The notes: generated by a model not told the origin, from the letters alone. Numbered from the stretch's first letter, positions 27,300 through 35,387 are shown. The stretch: DNA of 64,000 nucleotides from an uncultured Lentisphaerota bacterium (GCA_946413265.1 CAMKJU010000011.1:340-64339); one strand, 5' to 3'. Numbers and translations: made by a program.

Positions 27300-27794
27300 A
27301 TGAAACTTACAGAAGAACAGTTGAATTCAGTTGCCGCCTGGTTCGCAGGCGGTGCATCGCTGGATGAAATCCAGAAACGCCTTGTAGCAGAGTTTGGCGT
27401 GCATCTCACGTATTTCGACCTGCGCATGTTAGTGGCCGATCTGCCCCAGCCGGAGGATCCGGAAAATCCGGAGGATCCGGAAAATCCGGAAAATCCGGAG
27501 GATCCGGAGAATCCGGAATATCCGGAAAGTCCGGAGAAACCGGAAGATCCGGAGGATCCGGAAAAAGGCTTGGCCAATGTCGCAGTAACGGTTGACGCTT
27601 TGATGATTCCCGGCACTATGGCTTCGGGCGACGTCACTTTCAGCGACGGCGTGAAGGGCAAGTGGTACCTTGATCAGATGGGGCGCCTCGGGCTGGGCGG
27701 TGATCTTCCGCAGGGATACCGCCCGTCGCCGGCGGACGGCGCAATGTTCCAGGCCCGTCTCATGGAGGCGCTCCGCGCCAAAGGTCTGTGCTAG
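27300..27794 (+). CDS. hypothetical protein with (P-E-x)13 repeat linker
   Basis: 164 aa from the ATG at 27300; the track starts at the TTG at 27288. PEDPENPEDPENPENPEDPENPEYPESPEKPEDPEDPEK is encoded by a 9-bp tandem repeat. Confidence 0.5.
   Translation: MKLTEEQLNSVAAWFAGGASLDEIQKRLVAEFGVHLTYFDLRMLVADLPQPEDPENPEDPENPENPEDPENPEYPESPEKPEDPEDPEKGLANVAVTVDALMIPGTMASGDVTFSDGVKGKWYLDQMGRLGLGGDLPQGYRPSPADGAMFQARLMEALRAKGLC
27450..27566 (+). repeat. 9-bp tandem repeat (CCGGAnnnT)13, read as Pro-Glu-x
   Basis: ccggaggatccggaaaatccggaggatccggaaaatccggaaaatccggaggatccggagaatccggaatatccggaaagtccggagaaaccggaagatccggaggatccggaaaaa. Confidence 0.9.
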
Positions 27795-27812
27795 GTTTGA
27801 GAGAGAAAGGAA

Positions 27813-28751
27813 GTGCAAGAAATGAAAAACGCAGAATTGCATGCCCGCCGTAAGGGCTTCACGATGGTGGAAATAATCGTGGTAATGGGCATCATCGCCA
27901 TCCTCGTGGCCGTGATGTTGCCGATGCTGAGCGGTAATCGAGATAGTGCCTTGGCCGTACAGTGCAAGAACAACATGCGGAACCTCGCCCAGGGCGTGCT
28001 GTCCCGCGCGCAGGCGAATTCTTACGGGTATTTCCCTTCAGCTGGTCATTATCGTTTCATTGATGGCGTTGATGTGGGTAAGAAGAAGCCCATATACGCT
28101 CCGCATCGCCCGTGGCTCAGCAACAAGGGCAGCATTGCGAACTTGAACGCTAGGCTGTCCGGCGATACATACTTTGGCGCGGTCGTGTCGTTTGCGGATT
28201 CTGAAGAAGACGTCCGCACTGCAATCACAAACGGCGTCATCTGGAATGCCGTAGGCACGGCATACGAGGTCTATCGCTGCCCGGTTCACGCAAGCAACTT
28301 CAAGAAGGCTAAGGGCCGTTTGCCAGGATGGAGCTACATGATGAACCAGGAGTTCGGCTACGACGCCAACGGGGATGGTGTTCGTGGTTTCGTTGGGCGT
28401 AGATTTAGCGCCAACATTGGCTCTCATAGCCCCGACAAAGTGCTTCTTTTCGCCGAGGTACAGGGTGCGAAGGTCGAGGACAAGGCGCACGGCATTTCGC
28501 TAAAGGCCGTGGTGGACAGAGACGAAAAGAAGACAGATGGGGTATTGGAATACAATTTGGAGGACATTGGCTTCACGCACCCGCTTGGCAAGGGCAGGTA
28601 CGGCGGTAACGTCGCCTTCGCCGACGGGCATGTGGACACCATTATGATGCCCACGGATAAATCCTACATAAAGGATCTCACTCGTTACCTCTGCCTGGGC
28701 TACGACGTGCCGCATGACGGCAGCAAGCCCAAAACGCCGCCAGATAAATAG
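27813..28751 (+). CDS. prepilin-type N-terminal domain protein of the DUF1559 / HX9DG class
   Basis: ...RRKGFTMVEIIVVMGIIAILVAVMLPMLSGNRDSALAVQCKNNMRNLAQGVL, with C-terminal GGNVAFADGHVDTI (DGHV tail typical of PVC HX9DG proteins). 312 aa, GTG start; an alternative ATG is at 27822. Confidence 0.85.
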   Translation: MQEMKNAELHARRKGFTMVEIIVVMGIIAILVAVMLPMLSGNRDSALAVQCKNNMRNLAQGVLSRAQANSYGYFPSAGHYRFIDGVDVGKKKPIYAPHRPWLSNKGSIANLNARLSGDTYFGAVVSFADSEEDVRTAITNGVIWNAVGTAYEVYRCPVHASNFKKAKGRLPGWSYMMNQEFGYDANGDGVRGFVGRRFSANIGSHSPDKVLLFAEVQGAKVEDKAHGISLKAVVDRDEKKTDGVLEYNLEDIGFTHPLGKGRYGGNVAFADGHVDTIMMPTDKSYIKDLTRYLCLGYDVPHDGSKPKTPPDK

Positions 28752-28789
28752 TGGCGCATACGGGTGTGACGCTCACCTTTTAGGCGTAC

Positions 28790-29704
28790 ATGGCATCACT
28801 GTGGATAAAGGCACTGCGCGTCAGCCAGTGGACGAAGAACGCCGTAGTGTTCGCGGCGTGGTTCTTCGCTGTCGCCGACAAATCCCAGGCCGCGCTCGCG
28901 CGGGGATGGCGTCCGTTCGTGCTCGTTTGCGCGATGGCGCTGTCCTTCTCGTTCGTCTCGAGCGCGTTCTACCTCCTGAACGACGTGGGCGACTACGAGG
29001 CGGACCGTCGCCATCCCGTGAAGCGGAACAGGCCGGTCGCGGCCGACCTGATCTCGAAGATCGACGCCGTGCGCGCGGCGCTTGCGCTCTTCGCCTTCGG
29101 CCTTGCGTTTCCCTGCTATCTGGTGTTCCGGCATCCCGACCGCACATGGGGCTTTGCTGTGCTGCTCGTCTACACGGTGATGCAGTGCGCCTACTCGGGA
29201 TTCCTGAAGCGCGTGCCCTACGTTGACGTGGCGGTGATCGCCGCCGGGTTCGTCCTGCGGGCCGTAGCGGGTGCGGCGGCGATGAACGTGCGCATATCGC
29301 CGTGGTTGCTCGCGTGCGCGTTCTCGCTGTCGCTGTTCCTCGCCCTCTGCAAGCGGCGGCACGAGATGCAGACGGCGAGCGATTCGCGTCCCGCGCTTAA
29401 GGGATACCACCCTCTCGTCCTCGACGTGCTCATCCTCCTTGCCGCAGTCGGCACGCTCGCGGTGTACACATGCTACACTCTCTCCGGGGACACCGTGGCG
29501 CGTTTCGGCACGCGCGGGCTAAGCGCCACGGCCGTGTTCGTGGCGCTCGGCATCGCAAGATACCTGTGGCTAGTCTACGGGAAGGGCGATACGGGACGTC
29601 CGGAGAAGGTGTTGCTGACGGACCGTATCCTCTGGTGCATCCTCGCCGGATACGGATTCACGGCCCTCGTGGCGGTTCTTCTCGCCCGCGCTCCGTCGGC
29701 ATGA
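28790..29704 (+). CDS. UbiA-family prenyltransferase (decaprenyl-phosphate phosphoribosyltransferase-like)
   Basis: 304 aa polytopic. IKALRVSQWTKNAVVFAAWFFA and LNDVGDYEADRRHPVKRNRPVA (Asp-rich UbiA motif). Confidence 0.8.
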   Translation: MASLWIKALRVSQWTKNAVVFAAWFFAVADKSQAALARGWRPFVLVCAMALSFSFVSSAFYLLNDVGDYEADRRHPVKRNRPVAADLISKIDAVRAALALFAFGLAFPCYLVFRHPDRTWGFAVLLVYTVMQCAYSGFLKRVPYVDVAVIAAGFVLRAVAGAAAMNVRISPWLLACAFSLSLFLALCKRRHEMQTASDSRPALKGYHPLVLDVLILLAAVGTLAVYTCYTLSGDTVARFGTRGLSATAVFVALGIARYLWLVYGKGDTGRPEKVLLTDRILWCILAGYGFTALVAVLLARAPSA

Positions 29705-29710
29705 GCAATT

Positions 29711-29721
29711 TGTGGTATACT
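29711..29721 (+). promoter_or_regulatory. extended -10-like promoter element TGTGGTATACT upstream of alaS
   Basis: ttgtggtatacta lies 32 nt before the alaS ATG. The identical 13-mer recurs upstream of fhs. Confidence 0.35.
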
Positions 29722-29753
29722 ATACGCTTTCCAAGAAAGCAGAAGAGATAGAG

Positions 29754-31628
29754 ATGAACAAGCTGACAGCAGACGAACTTCGCGAGACGTATTTGAGCTT
29801 CTTCGAGTCGAAGGGGCACGCGCGCATTCCCGGCGCGAGCGTGATTCCCGAGAACGACCCGACTGTGCTCTTCACCACGGCAGGCATGCACCCGCTCGTG
29901 CCGTACCTGATGGGACAGATGCCCCATCCAGCCGGCACTCGCCTCACCGACGTGCAGAAGTGCATCCGCACGGGCGACATCGACGCCGTGGGCGATTCGG
30001 CGCACCTCACGTTCTTCGAAATGCTCGGCAACTGGTCGCTCAACGACTACTTCAAGCCCGAGGCAATCGCCTGGAGCTACGAGTTCCTCACCACAAAACT
30101 CGGCTTCGACCCGAAGGATCTGTATGTCACCGTGTTCGCGGGCGAGGACGGCATTCCGCGCGACGACGAGGCGATCGCCCTCTGGAAGCAGCAGGGCCTT
30201 CCCGACGACCACATCTTCCCGCTCCCGCGCGAGGACAACTGGTGGGGACCGGCCGGCACCACGGGTCCGTGCGGTCCCGATACCGAGATGTTCATCGACA
30301 CGGGCAAGCCCAAGTGCGGCCCAGACTGCCGTCCCGGTTGCCATTGCGGCAAGTACATCGAGATATGGAACAACGTGTTCATGCAGTACAACAAGAACGC
30401 GGAAGGTAAGTTCGAGCCGCTAGGCCGCCACAACGTCGATACCGGCATGGGCGTGGAGCGGACGGTGTGCATGCTCTCGGGCGCGGCGACTGTTTTTGAT
30501 ACGGAAATCTTCGCGCCGATCATGGCGAAGATTGACGAGCTTTCTCATTTGGGAAGCGACAAGAGTGTCGCTTCCCCGAACGGGGCCGAAGATCGGGGAA
30601 GCGGCACTCCTGCCGCTTCGCCCAAGGATGCGGAGCTGACGCTCCGCGCAAGAAGGATCGTGGCCGACCACATGCGCACTGCCACCTTCATTCTCTGCGA
30701 TCCGAAGGGCGGCGTGAAGCCGGGCAACATCGGCGCGAACTACGTGCTCCGTCGCCTCATCCGCCGAGCGGTGCGCTACAGCCGCTTCCTCGGTATCGCG
30801 CCCGGTTTCACGGTGAAGCTCGCGGAGGTCATCTGCGAGAAGTACAAGCACGTCTATCCCGAACTCGGCGTGAACCTCGCCTCATGCAAGAACGACCTCG
30901 AGGCCGAGGAGAACCGCTTTAACCAGACGCTCGACAAGGGCGCGGCGATGTTCGCGAAGGTGGCCGAGCAGCTGAAGCTCCACAACCAGACGCAGATTTC
31001 CGGCAAGACCGCGTTCAAGCTCTACGACACGTTCGGCTACCCGCTCGAGATGACGCTTGAGCTCGCGAAGGAACAGGGCCTGGAAGTTGATGTGGCCGGT
31101 TTCGAGGAGGCCAACAAGAAACACCAGGAACTGAGCCGCACCACGTCCGCCGGTTCGTTCAAGGCCGGCTTGCAGGACAACTCGGTTGTCGTGACGCGCA
31201 TGCACACGGCGACGCACCTTCTGCACGCCGCGCTCCACAAGGTGCTCGGCCCGACCGCGAACCAGAAGGGCTCCAACATCACGCCGGAGCGTCTGCGCTT
31301 CGACTTTACGTGGCCGGAGAAGATGACGGACGAGCAGATCAAGCAGGTGGAGGACCTCGTCAACCAGTGGATTCAGCAGGGCATCGCCGTCTCGAAGAAG
31401 GTCACGACCGTCGAGGAGGCCAAGAACGAAGGCGCGATGGCGCTTTTCGGCTCGAAGTACGGCGACCAGGTGACGCTCTACACGATTGGCGACGTCTCGA
31501 AGGAGATCTGCTGCGGTCCGCATGTGGAGAACACGAGCGAGCTGGGCAGCTTCAAGATCACGAAGGAGCAGTCCTCCTCCGCCGGCGTCCGCCGCATCAA
31601 GGCCGTAATCGGCAACATGACAACCTAA
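29754..31628 (+). CDS. alaS: alanine--tRNA ligase, short form (no C-Ala domain)
   Basis: 624 aa. LRETYLSFFESKGHARIPGASVIPENDPTVLFTTAGMHPLVPYLMG and FFEMLGNWSLNDYFK. Editing-domain metal ligands are HTATHLLHAAL and CCGPHV. The protein ends about 35 aa after CCGPHV. Confidence 0.9.
   Translation: MNKLTADELRETYLSFFESKGHARIPGASVIPENDPTVLFTTAGMHPLVPYLMGQMPHPAGTRLTDVQKCIRTGDIDAVGDSAHLTFFEMLGNWSLNDYFKPEAIAWSYEFLTTKLGFDPKDLYVTVFAGEDGIPRDDEAIALWKQQGLPDDHIFPLPREDNWWGPAGTTGPCGPDTEMFIDTGKPKCGPDCRPGCHCGKYIEIWNNVFMQYNKNAEGKFEPLGRHNVDTGMGVERTVCMLSGAATVFDTEIFAPIMAKIDELSHLGSDKSVASPNGAEDRGSGTPAASPKDAELTLRARRIVADHMRTATFILCDPKGGVKPGNIGANYVLRRLIRRAVRYSRFLGIAPGFTVKLAEVICEKYKHVYPELGVNLASCKNDLEAEENRFNQTLDKGAAMFAKVAEQLKLHNQTQISGKTAFKLYDTFGYPLEMTLELAKEQGLEVDVAGFEEANKKHQELSRTTSAGSFKAGLQDNSVVVTRMHTATHLLHAALHKVLGPTANQKGSNITPERLRFDFTWPEKMTDEQIKQVEDLVNQWIQQGIAVSKKVTTVEEAKNEGAMALFGSKYGDQVTLYTIGDVSKEICCGPHVENTSELGSFKITKEQSSSAGVRRIKAVIGNMTT
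30551..30623 (+). repeat. pair of REP-like GC-rich hairpins inside the alaS ORF
   Basis: gggaagcgaca-agag-tgtcgcttccc is at 30551-30576 and gaagcggca-ctcc-tgccgcttc is at 30597-30619. Near-identical hairpins lie in the MITE-like element at 47097-47152. Confidence 0.7.
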
Positions 31629-31662
31629 GTGATTCTTCCTATTGGTCACAAAGGCAAAAAAC

Positions 31663-31704
31663 AAACCGTGCTGTTGCGCTAGGCGCGAACAGCACGGTTT
31701 TGTT
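31663..31704. terminator. bidirectional rho-independent terminator between convergent alaS and ppdK
   Basis: Perfect 13-bp stem aaaccgtgctgtt / aacagcacggttt with a 12-nt loop. It is flanked by an A-run (caaaaaac) and a T-rich tail (ttttgtt). Confidence 0.65.
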
Positions 31705-31722
31705 ATGCGCGTTTGAAGTAGG

Positions 31723-34365
31723 TTACTTGCGCAGGGCGGCCTGGGCCGCCGCGAGGCGGGCGATCGGCACGCGGAACGGCGAGCAGCTCACGTAGTCGAG
31801 GCCGAGGCGGTGGCAGAACTCCACGCTCGTGGGGTCGCCGCCGTGTTCGCCGCAGATGCCGCAGTGGATCTTCGGGCGCGTCGCCTTGCCGTCCGTGACG
31901 GCCATCTTCATGAGCTTGCCCACGCCGACCTGGTCGAGCTTCGCGAACGGGTCGTTCTCGAAGATCTTGTTGTCGTAGTACGAGCCCAGGAACTTGCCGG
32001 CGTCGTCGCGCGAGAAGCCGAACGTCATCTGCGTGAGGTCGTTCGTGCCGAAGCAGAAGAACTCCGCCTCCTCGGCGATCTCGCCCGCGCACAGGGCTGC
32101 ACGCGGAACCTCGATCATCGTGCCCACCTCGTAGTTGAGCTTGATCTCGGCGGCCTGGATTTCCTCGTTCGCCACGTGGACCACGATGTCCTTCACGAAC
32201 TTGAACTCCTTGAGGTCGCCCGTGAGCGGGATCATGATCTCTGGCTTCACGTTCCAGCCCTTGTGGCGCTTCTGCACGTTGATGGCGGCGCGGATCACGG
32301 CCTTCGTCTGCATCACGGCGATCTCGGGGTAGGTCACGCACAGACGGCACCCGCGGTGGCCCATCATCGGGTTGAACTCGTGGAGCGAGTCGATGATGTC
32401 CTTAATGCGGCTGATCGGCTTGTGCATGGACTTCGCGAGCAGCGCGACCTCGTCCTCGGTGTGCGGCACGAACTCGTGGAGCGGCGGGTCGAGGAAGCGG
32501 ATCGTGACGGGCTGTCCGTCCAGCGCCTCGAAGAGCTGTTCGAAGTCGTCCTGCTGGTACGGGAGGATCTTCGCGAGCGCGATGCGGCGCTCCTCGACAG
32601 TGTCGGAGCAGATCATCTGGCGGAAGGACATGATGCGGCTCTGCGAGAAGAACATGTGCTCCGTGCGGCAGAGGCCGATGCCCTCGGCGCCGAGCTCGCG
32701 CGCCTTCTTGGCATCGCGCGGCGTATCGGCGTTCGTGCGCACCCTCAGCTTGCGGAACTTGTCCGCCCACATCATGATGCGGCCGAACTCGCCGGCGATG
32801 GACGCGTCCACGGTCGGGATCACGCCGTCGTAGATGTTGCCAGTGGAGCCGTCGATGGAGAGCCAGTCACCCTCCTTGAAGGTCTTGCCCGCGAGGACGA
32901 ACTTCTTGTTCTCCTCGTCCATCGCGATCTCCTGGCAGCCGGAGACGCAGCACTCGCCCATGCCGCGGGCAACGACCGCTGCGTGGGAGGTCATGCCGCC
33001 GCGCACCGTGAGGATGCCCTCGGCGGCCTTCATGCCCTCGATGTCCTCAGGGGACGTCTCGAGGCGCACGAGCACGACCTTCTCGCCGGCCTTCTTCCAC
33101 TCCTTCGCGTCGGCGGCGTTGAACACGATCTTGCCGCACGCCGCGCCGGGAGAGGCCGCGAGGCCGCGCCCGATGGGCTTCGCCTTCTTGATGGCCACGG
33201 CGTCGAACTGCGGGTGGAGGAGCGTATCGAGGTTGCGGGGGTCGATCATCAGGACGGCCTCCTCCTCCGTGCGCATGCCCTCGTCCACGAGGTCGCAGGC
33301 GATCTTGAGCGCGGCCTTCGCCGTGCGCTTGCCGTTGCGCGTCTGGAGCATGAAGAGCTTCTTGTTCTCGATCGTGAACTCCATGTCCTGCATGTCGCGG
33401 TAGTGGCTTTCGAGCTTCGAGCAGATGTCCTGGAACTGCTTGAACACGTCGGGCATCACCTCCGCCATCTTCGCGATCGGCATCGGCGTGCGCACGCCGG
33501 CCACCACGTCCTCGCCCTGCGCGTTCATCAGGAACTCGCCCATGAGCTTCTTCTCGCCCGTCGCCGGGTCGCGCGTGAATGCGACGCCCGTGCCGGACTC
33601 GTCGTTGAGGTTGCCGAACGCCATCATCTGCACGTTCACGGCCGTGCCCCAGCTGTAGGGGATGTCGTTGTCGCGGCGGTAGACGTTCGCGCGCGGGTTG
33701 TCCCAGCTGCGGAACACGGCCTTGATCGCCTCGAAGAGTTGCTCCTTCGCGTCGGACGGGAAGTCCTTGCCGATCTTGTTCTTGTACTCGGCCTTGAACT
33801 GCCCGGCGAGCTCCTTGAGGTCGTCGGCGGTGAGCTCCACGTCGAGCTTCACGCCCTTCTTGGCCTTCATGTCGTCGATGAGCTTCTCAAAGTACTTCTT
33901 GCCAACCTCCATCACGACATCCGAGAACATCTGGATGAAGCGGCGGTAGCAGTCCCACGCCCAGCGCGGGTTCTTCGTCTGCTTCGCGAGCGACTCGACC
34001 ACCGTCTCGTTGAGGCCGAGGTTGAGGATCGTGTCCATCATGCCCGGCATGGACGCGCGCGCTCCGGAGCGCACGGAGACGAGCAGCGGGTTCTTCTCGT
34101 CGCCGAACTTCTTGCCGGCGGACTTCTCGAGCTTGTCGATGTATTCCATCACCTGCTGCTGGATGTCGTCGGCGATCTTCTTGCCGTCGTCGTAGTAGCG
34201 CGTGCAGGCCTCAGTGGAGATCGTAAAGCCCTGCGGCACGGGGAGCCCGAGGCCGGCCATCTCCGCGAGGTTCGCGCCCTTGCCGCCAAGCAGCTCGCGC
34301 ATGTTGGCGTTGCCTTCGGTCTGGCCCGCGCCAAAGAAGTACACGTACTTCGTCTTTTCTGCCAT
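31723..34365 (-). CDS. ppdK: pyruvate, phosphate dikinase
   Basis: 880 aa from MAEKTKYVYFF. GGKGANLAEMAGLGLPVPQGFTIST, phospho-His region GGMTSHAAVVARGMG, and the C-terminal PEP-utilising domain GLCRTEHMF...GICGEHGGDP. RBS AAGGGA. Confidence 0.95.
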   Translation of the reverse strand: MAEKTKYVYFFGAGQTEGNANMRELLGGKGANLAEMAGLGLPVPQGFTISTEACTRYYDDGKKIADDIQQQVMEYIDKLEKSAGKKFGDEKNPLLVSVRSGARASMPGMMDTILNLGLNETVVESLAKQTKNPRWAWDCYRRFIQMFSDVVMEVGKKYFEKLIDDMKAKKGVKLDVELTADDLKELAGQFKAEYKNKIGKDFPSDAKEQLFEAIKAVFRSWDNPRANVYRRDNDIPYSWGTAVNVQMMAFGNLNDESGTGVAFTRDPATGEKKLMGEFLMNAQGEDVVAGVRTPMPIAKMAEVMPDVFKQFQDICSKLESHYRDMQDMEFTIENKKLFMLQTRNGKRTAKAALKIACDLVDEGMRTEEEAVLMIDPRNLDTLLHPQFDAVAIKKAKPIGRGLAASPGAACGKIVFNAADAKEWKKAGEKVVLVRLETSPEDIEGMKAAEGILTVRGGMTSHAAVVARGMGECCVSGCQEIAMDEENKKFVLAGKTFKEGDWLSIDGSTGNIYDGVIPTVDASIAGEFGRIMMWADKFRKLRVRTNADTPRDAKKARELGAEGIGLCRTEHMFFSQSRIMSFRQMICSDTVEERRIALAKILPYQQDDFEQLFEALDGQPVTIRFLDPPLHEFVPHTEDEVALLAKSMHKPISRIKDIIDSLHEFNPMMGHRGCRLCVTYPEIAVMQTKAVIRAAINVQKRHKGWNVKPEIMIPLTGDLKEFKFVKDIVVHVANEEIQAAEIKLNYEVGTMIEVPRAALCAGEIAEEAEFFCFGTNDLTQMTFGFSRDDAGKFLGSYYDNKIFENDPFAKLDQVGVGKLMKMAVTDGKATRPKIHCGICGEHGGDPTSVEFCHRLGLDYVSCSPFRVPIARLAAAQAALRK

Positions 34366-34495
34366 TTTGATTTCCCTTTCTAGTCTGTTTTTCATCTTCT
34401 CTTTGTTTGGCGGGATATTATAGCGAAAAACGTGTCGGGAATCAATACCAAACGGCGTAATTTTGAATTTCTGCTCATTACACCATGTTATCCAA

Positions 34496-34524
34496 TTGAC
34501 GATAAACCAGATGTGTGGTAAAGT
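34496..34524 (+). promoter_or_regulatory. sigma-70-like promoter (TTGACG-N17-TAAAGT) for the TetR gene
   Basis: ttgacg at 34496-34501, a 17-nt spacer, then taaagt at 34519-34524. It lies in the AT-richer divergent region between ppdK and the TetR gene. Confidence 0.3.
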
Positions 34525-34557
34525 AATCGTGCGATTACGGACTAGGAGGAAGATGAA

Positions 34558-35208
34558 ATGCCAGAGCGAAAGAGCAGGATAGATGGCGAACGGACGCGCG
34601 GGAAGATACTCGCGGCGGCCGAGCGTGAGTTTGCAGAAAAAGGCTACGAGCTAGCCTCGGTGCGGGAGATAAGCCGACGCGCAGGCGTGAACATGGCCCT
34701 GGCCAACCGGTATTTCGGGTCGAAGGAGGGACTCTACCGCATCGTGGCCAAGCGTCTTTTCGGCGACCTTGGCGAGCCGATGACCCGTCTTCCGGAGAAG
34801 GCGGTCGACGAGGCGAGCTGGCGCGACGCGATCCGCGAGTGGGTGGACGACTTCCTTTTCATGACGCTCCCTACCGAACCGGCGCAGGCCGCGTGCGCGG
34901 CGCTTTTCCGACACGAGGTGACGCGCCCCACGAAGTTCCATGCGGAATTCCAGCGCGACTTCGGCAAGCCTGTCTACGACTCCCTGCGCAATCTGCTCGC
35001 GCGCGCCATCAAGGACGAGACGCAGCTGAAACTCTGGACAACCTCCGTGTGGGCGCAGGTTTCCGTATATGCCCTCGCCGACACTGTCTGGCACGCCTCC
35101 TTCCGTCCGGCCGGCGTCGGCGTGCGCGATTGGGCAGCGCAGGTCCGCGACCACATCTGCGCGAACCTGTTCGCTTCCGTGAAGTTTCCAATGCGGGTGT
35201 TACATTAG
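34558..35208 (+). CDS. TetR/AcrR family transcriptional regulator
   Basis: 216 aa. The N-terminal HTH is RTRGKILAAAEREFAEKGYELASVREISRRAGVNMALANRYFGSKEGLY. Confidence 0.85.
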   Translation: MPERKSRIDGERTRGKILAAAEREFAEKGYELASVREISRRAGVNMALANRYFGSKEGLYRIVAKRLFGDLGEPMTRLPEKAVDEASWRDAIREWVDDFLFMTLPTEPAQAACAALFRHEVTRPTKFHAEFQRDFGKPVYDSLRNLLARAIKDETQLKLWTTSVWAQVSVYALADTVWHASFRPAGVGVRDWAAQVRDHICANLFASVKFPMRVLH

Positions 35209-35243
35209 GGGGTAGTTGCCCCCCTGCCATTGACGCACGTTCG

Positions 35244-35352
35244 TTGCTTTCGCTATTGGGAGTTTTGGAGTCCTGGAGATATTGAGACTTTTAAAGATTT
35301 ACCCCATGTCTCCATGCCTCCTAAACTCCTAAACTCCCAATAGCGAAAGCAA
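35244..35352. repeat. about 109-nt imperfect inverted repeat (long hairpin) downstream of the TetR gene
   Basis: The left arm ttgctttcgctattgggagttt pairs perfectly over 22 nt with the right arm aaactcccaatagcgaaagcaa. The arms extend imperfectly (ggagtcctggag / ctccatgcctcc). The loop is AT-rich. Confidence 0.7.
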
Positions 35353-35387
35353 GAAAGGTGCAGCAACTCTTTTGGTTTTTAATACAG

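Noticed and set aside
28752..28789. Terminator after the HX9DG gene (gggtgtgacgctcacctttt)
   Set aside because: The stem is only 4-5 bp, which is too weak to call.
31810..34383. 857-aa ORF on the + strand
   Set aside because: It lies exactly antisense to ppdK, whose translation carries unmistakable PPDK motifs. The antisense product is a low-complexity Arg/Leu/Ala/Val/His-rich string, typical of spurious ORFs in high-GC DNA.
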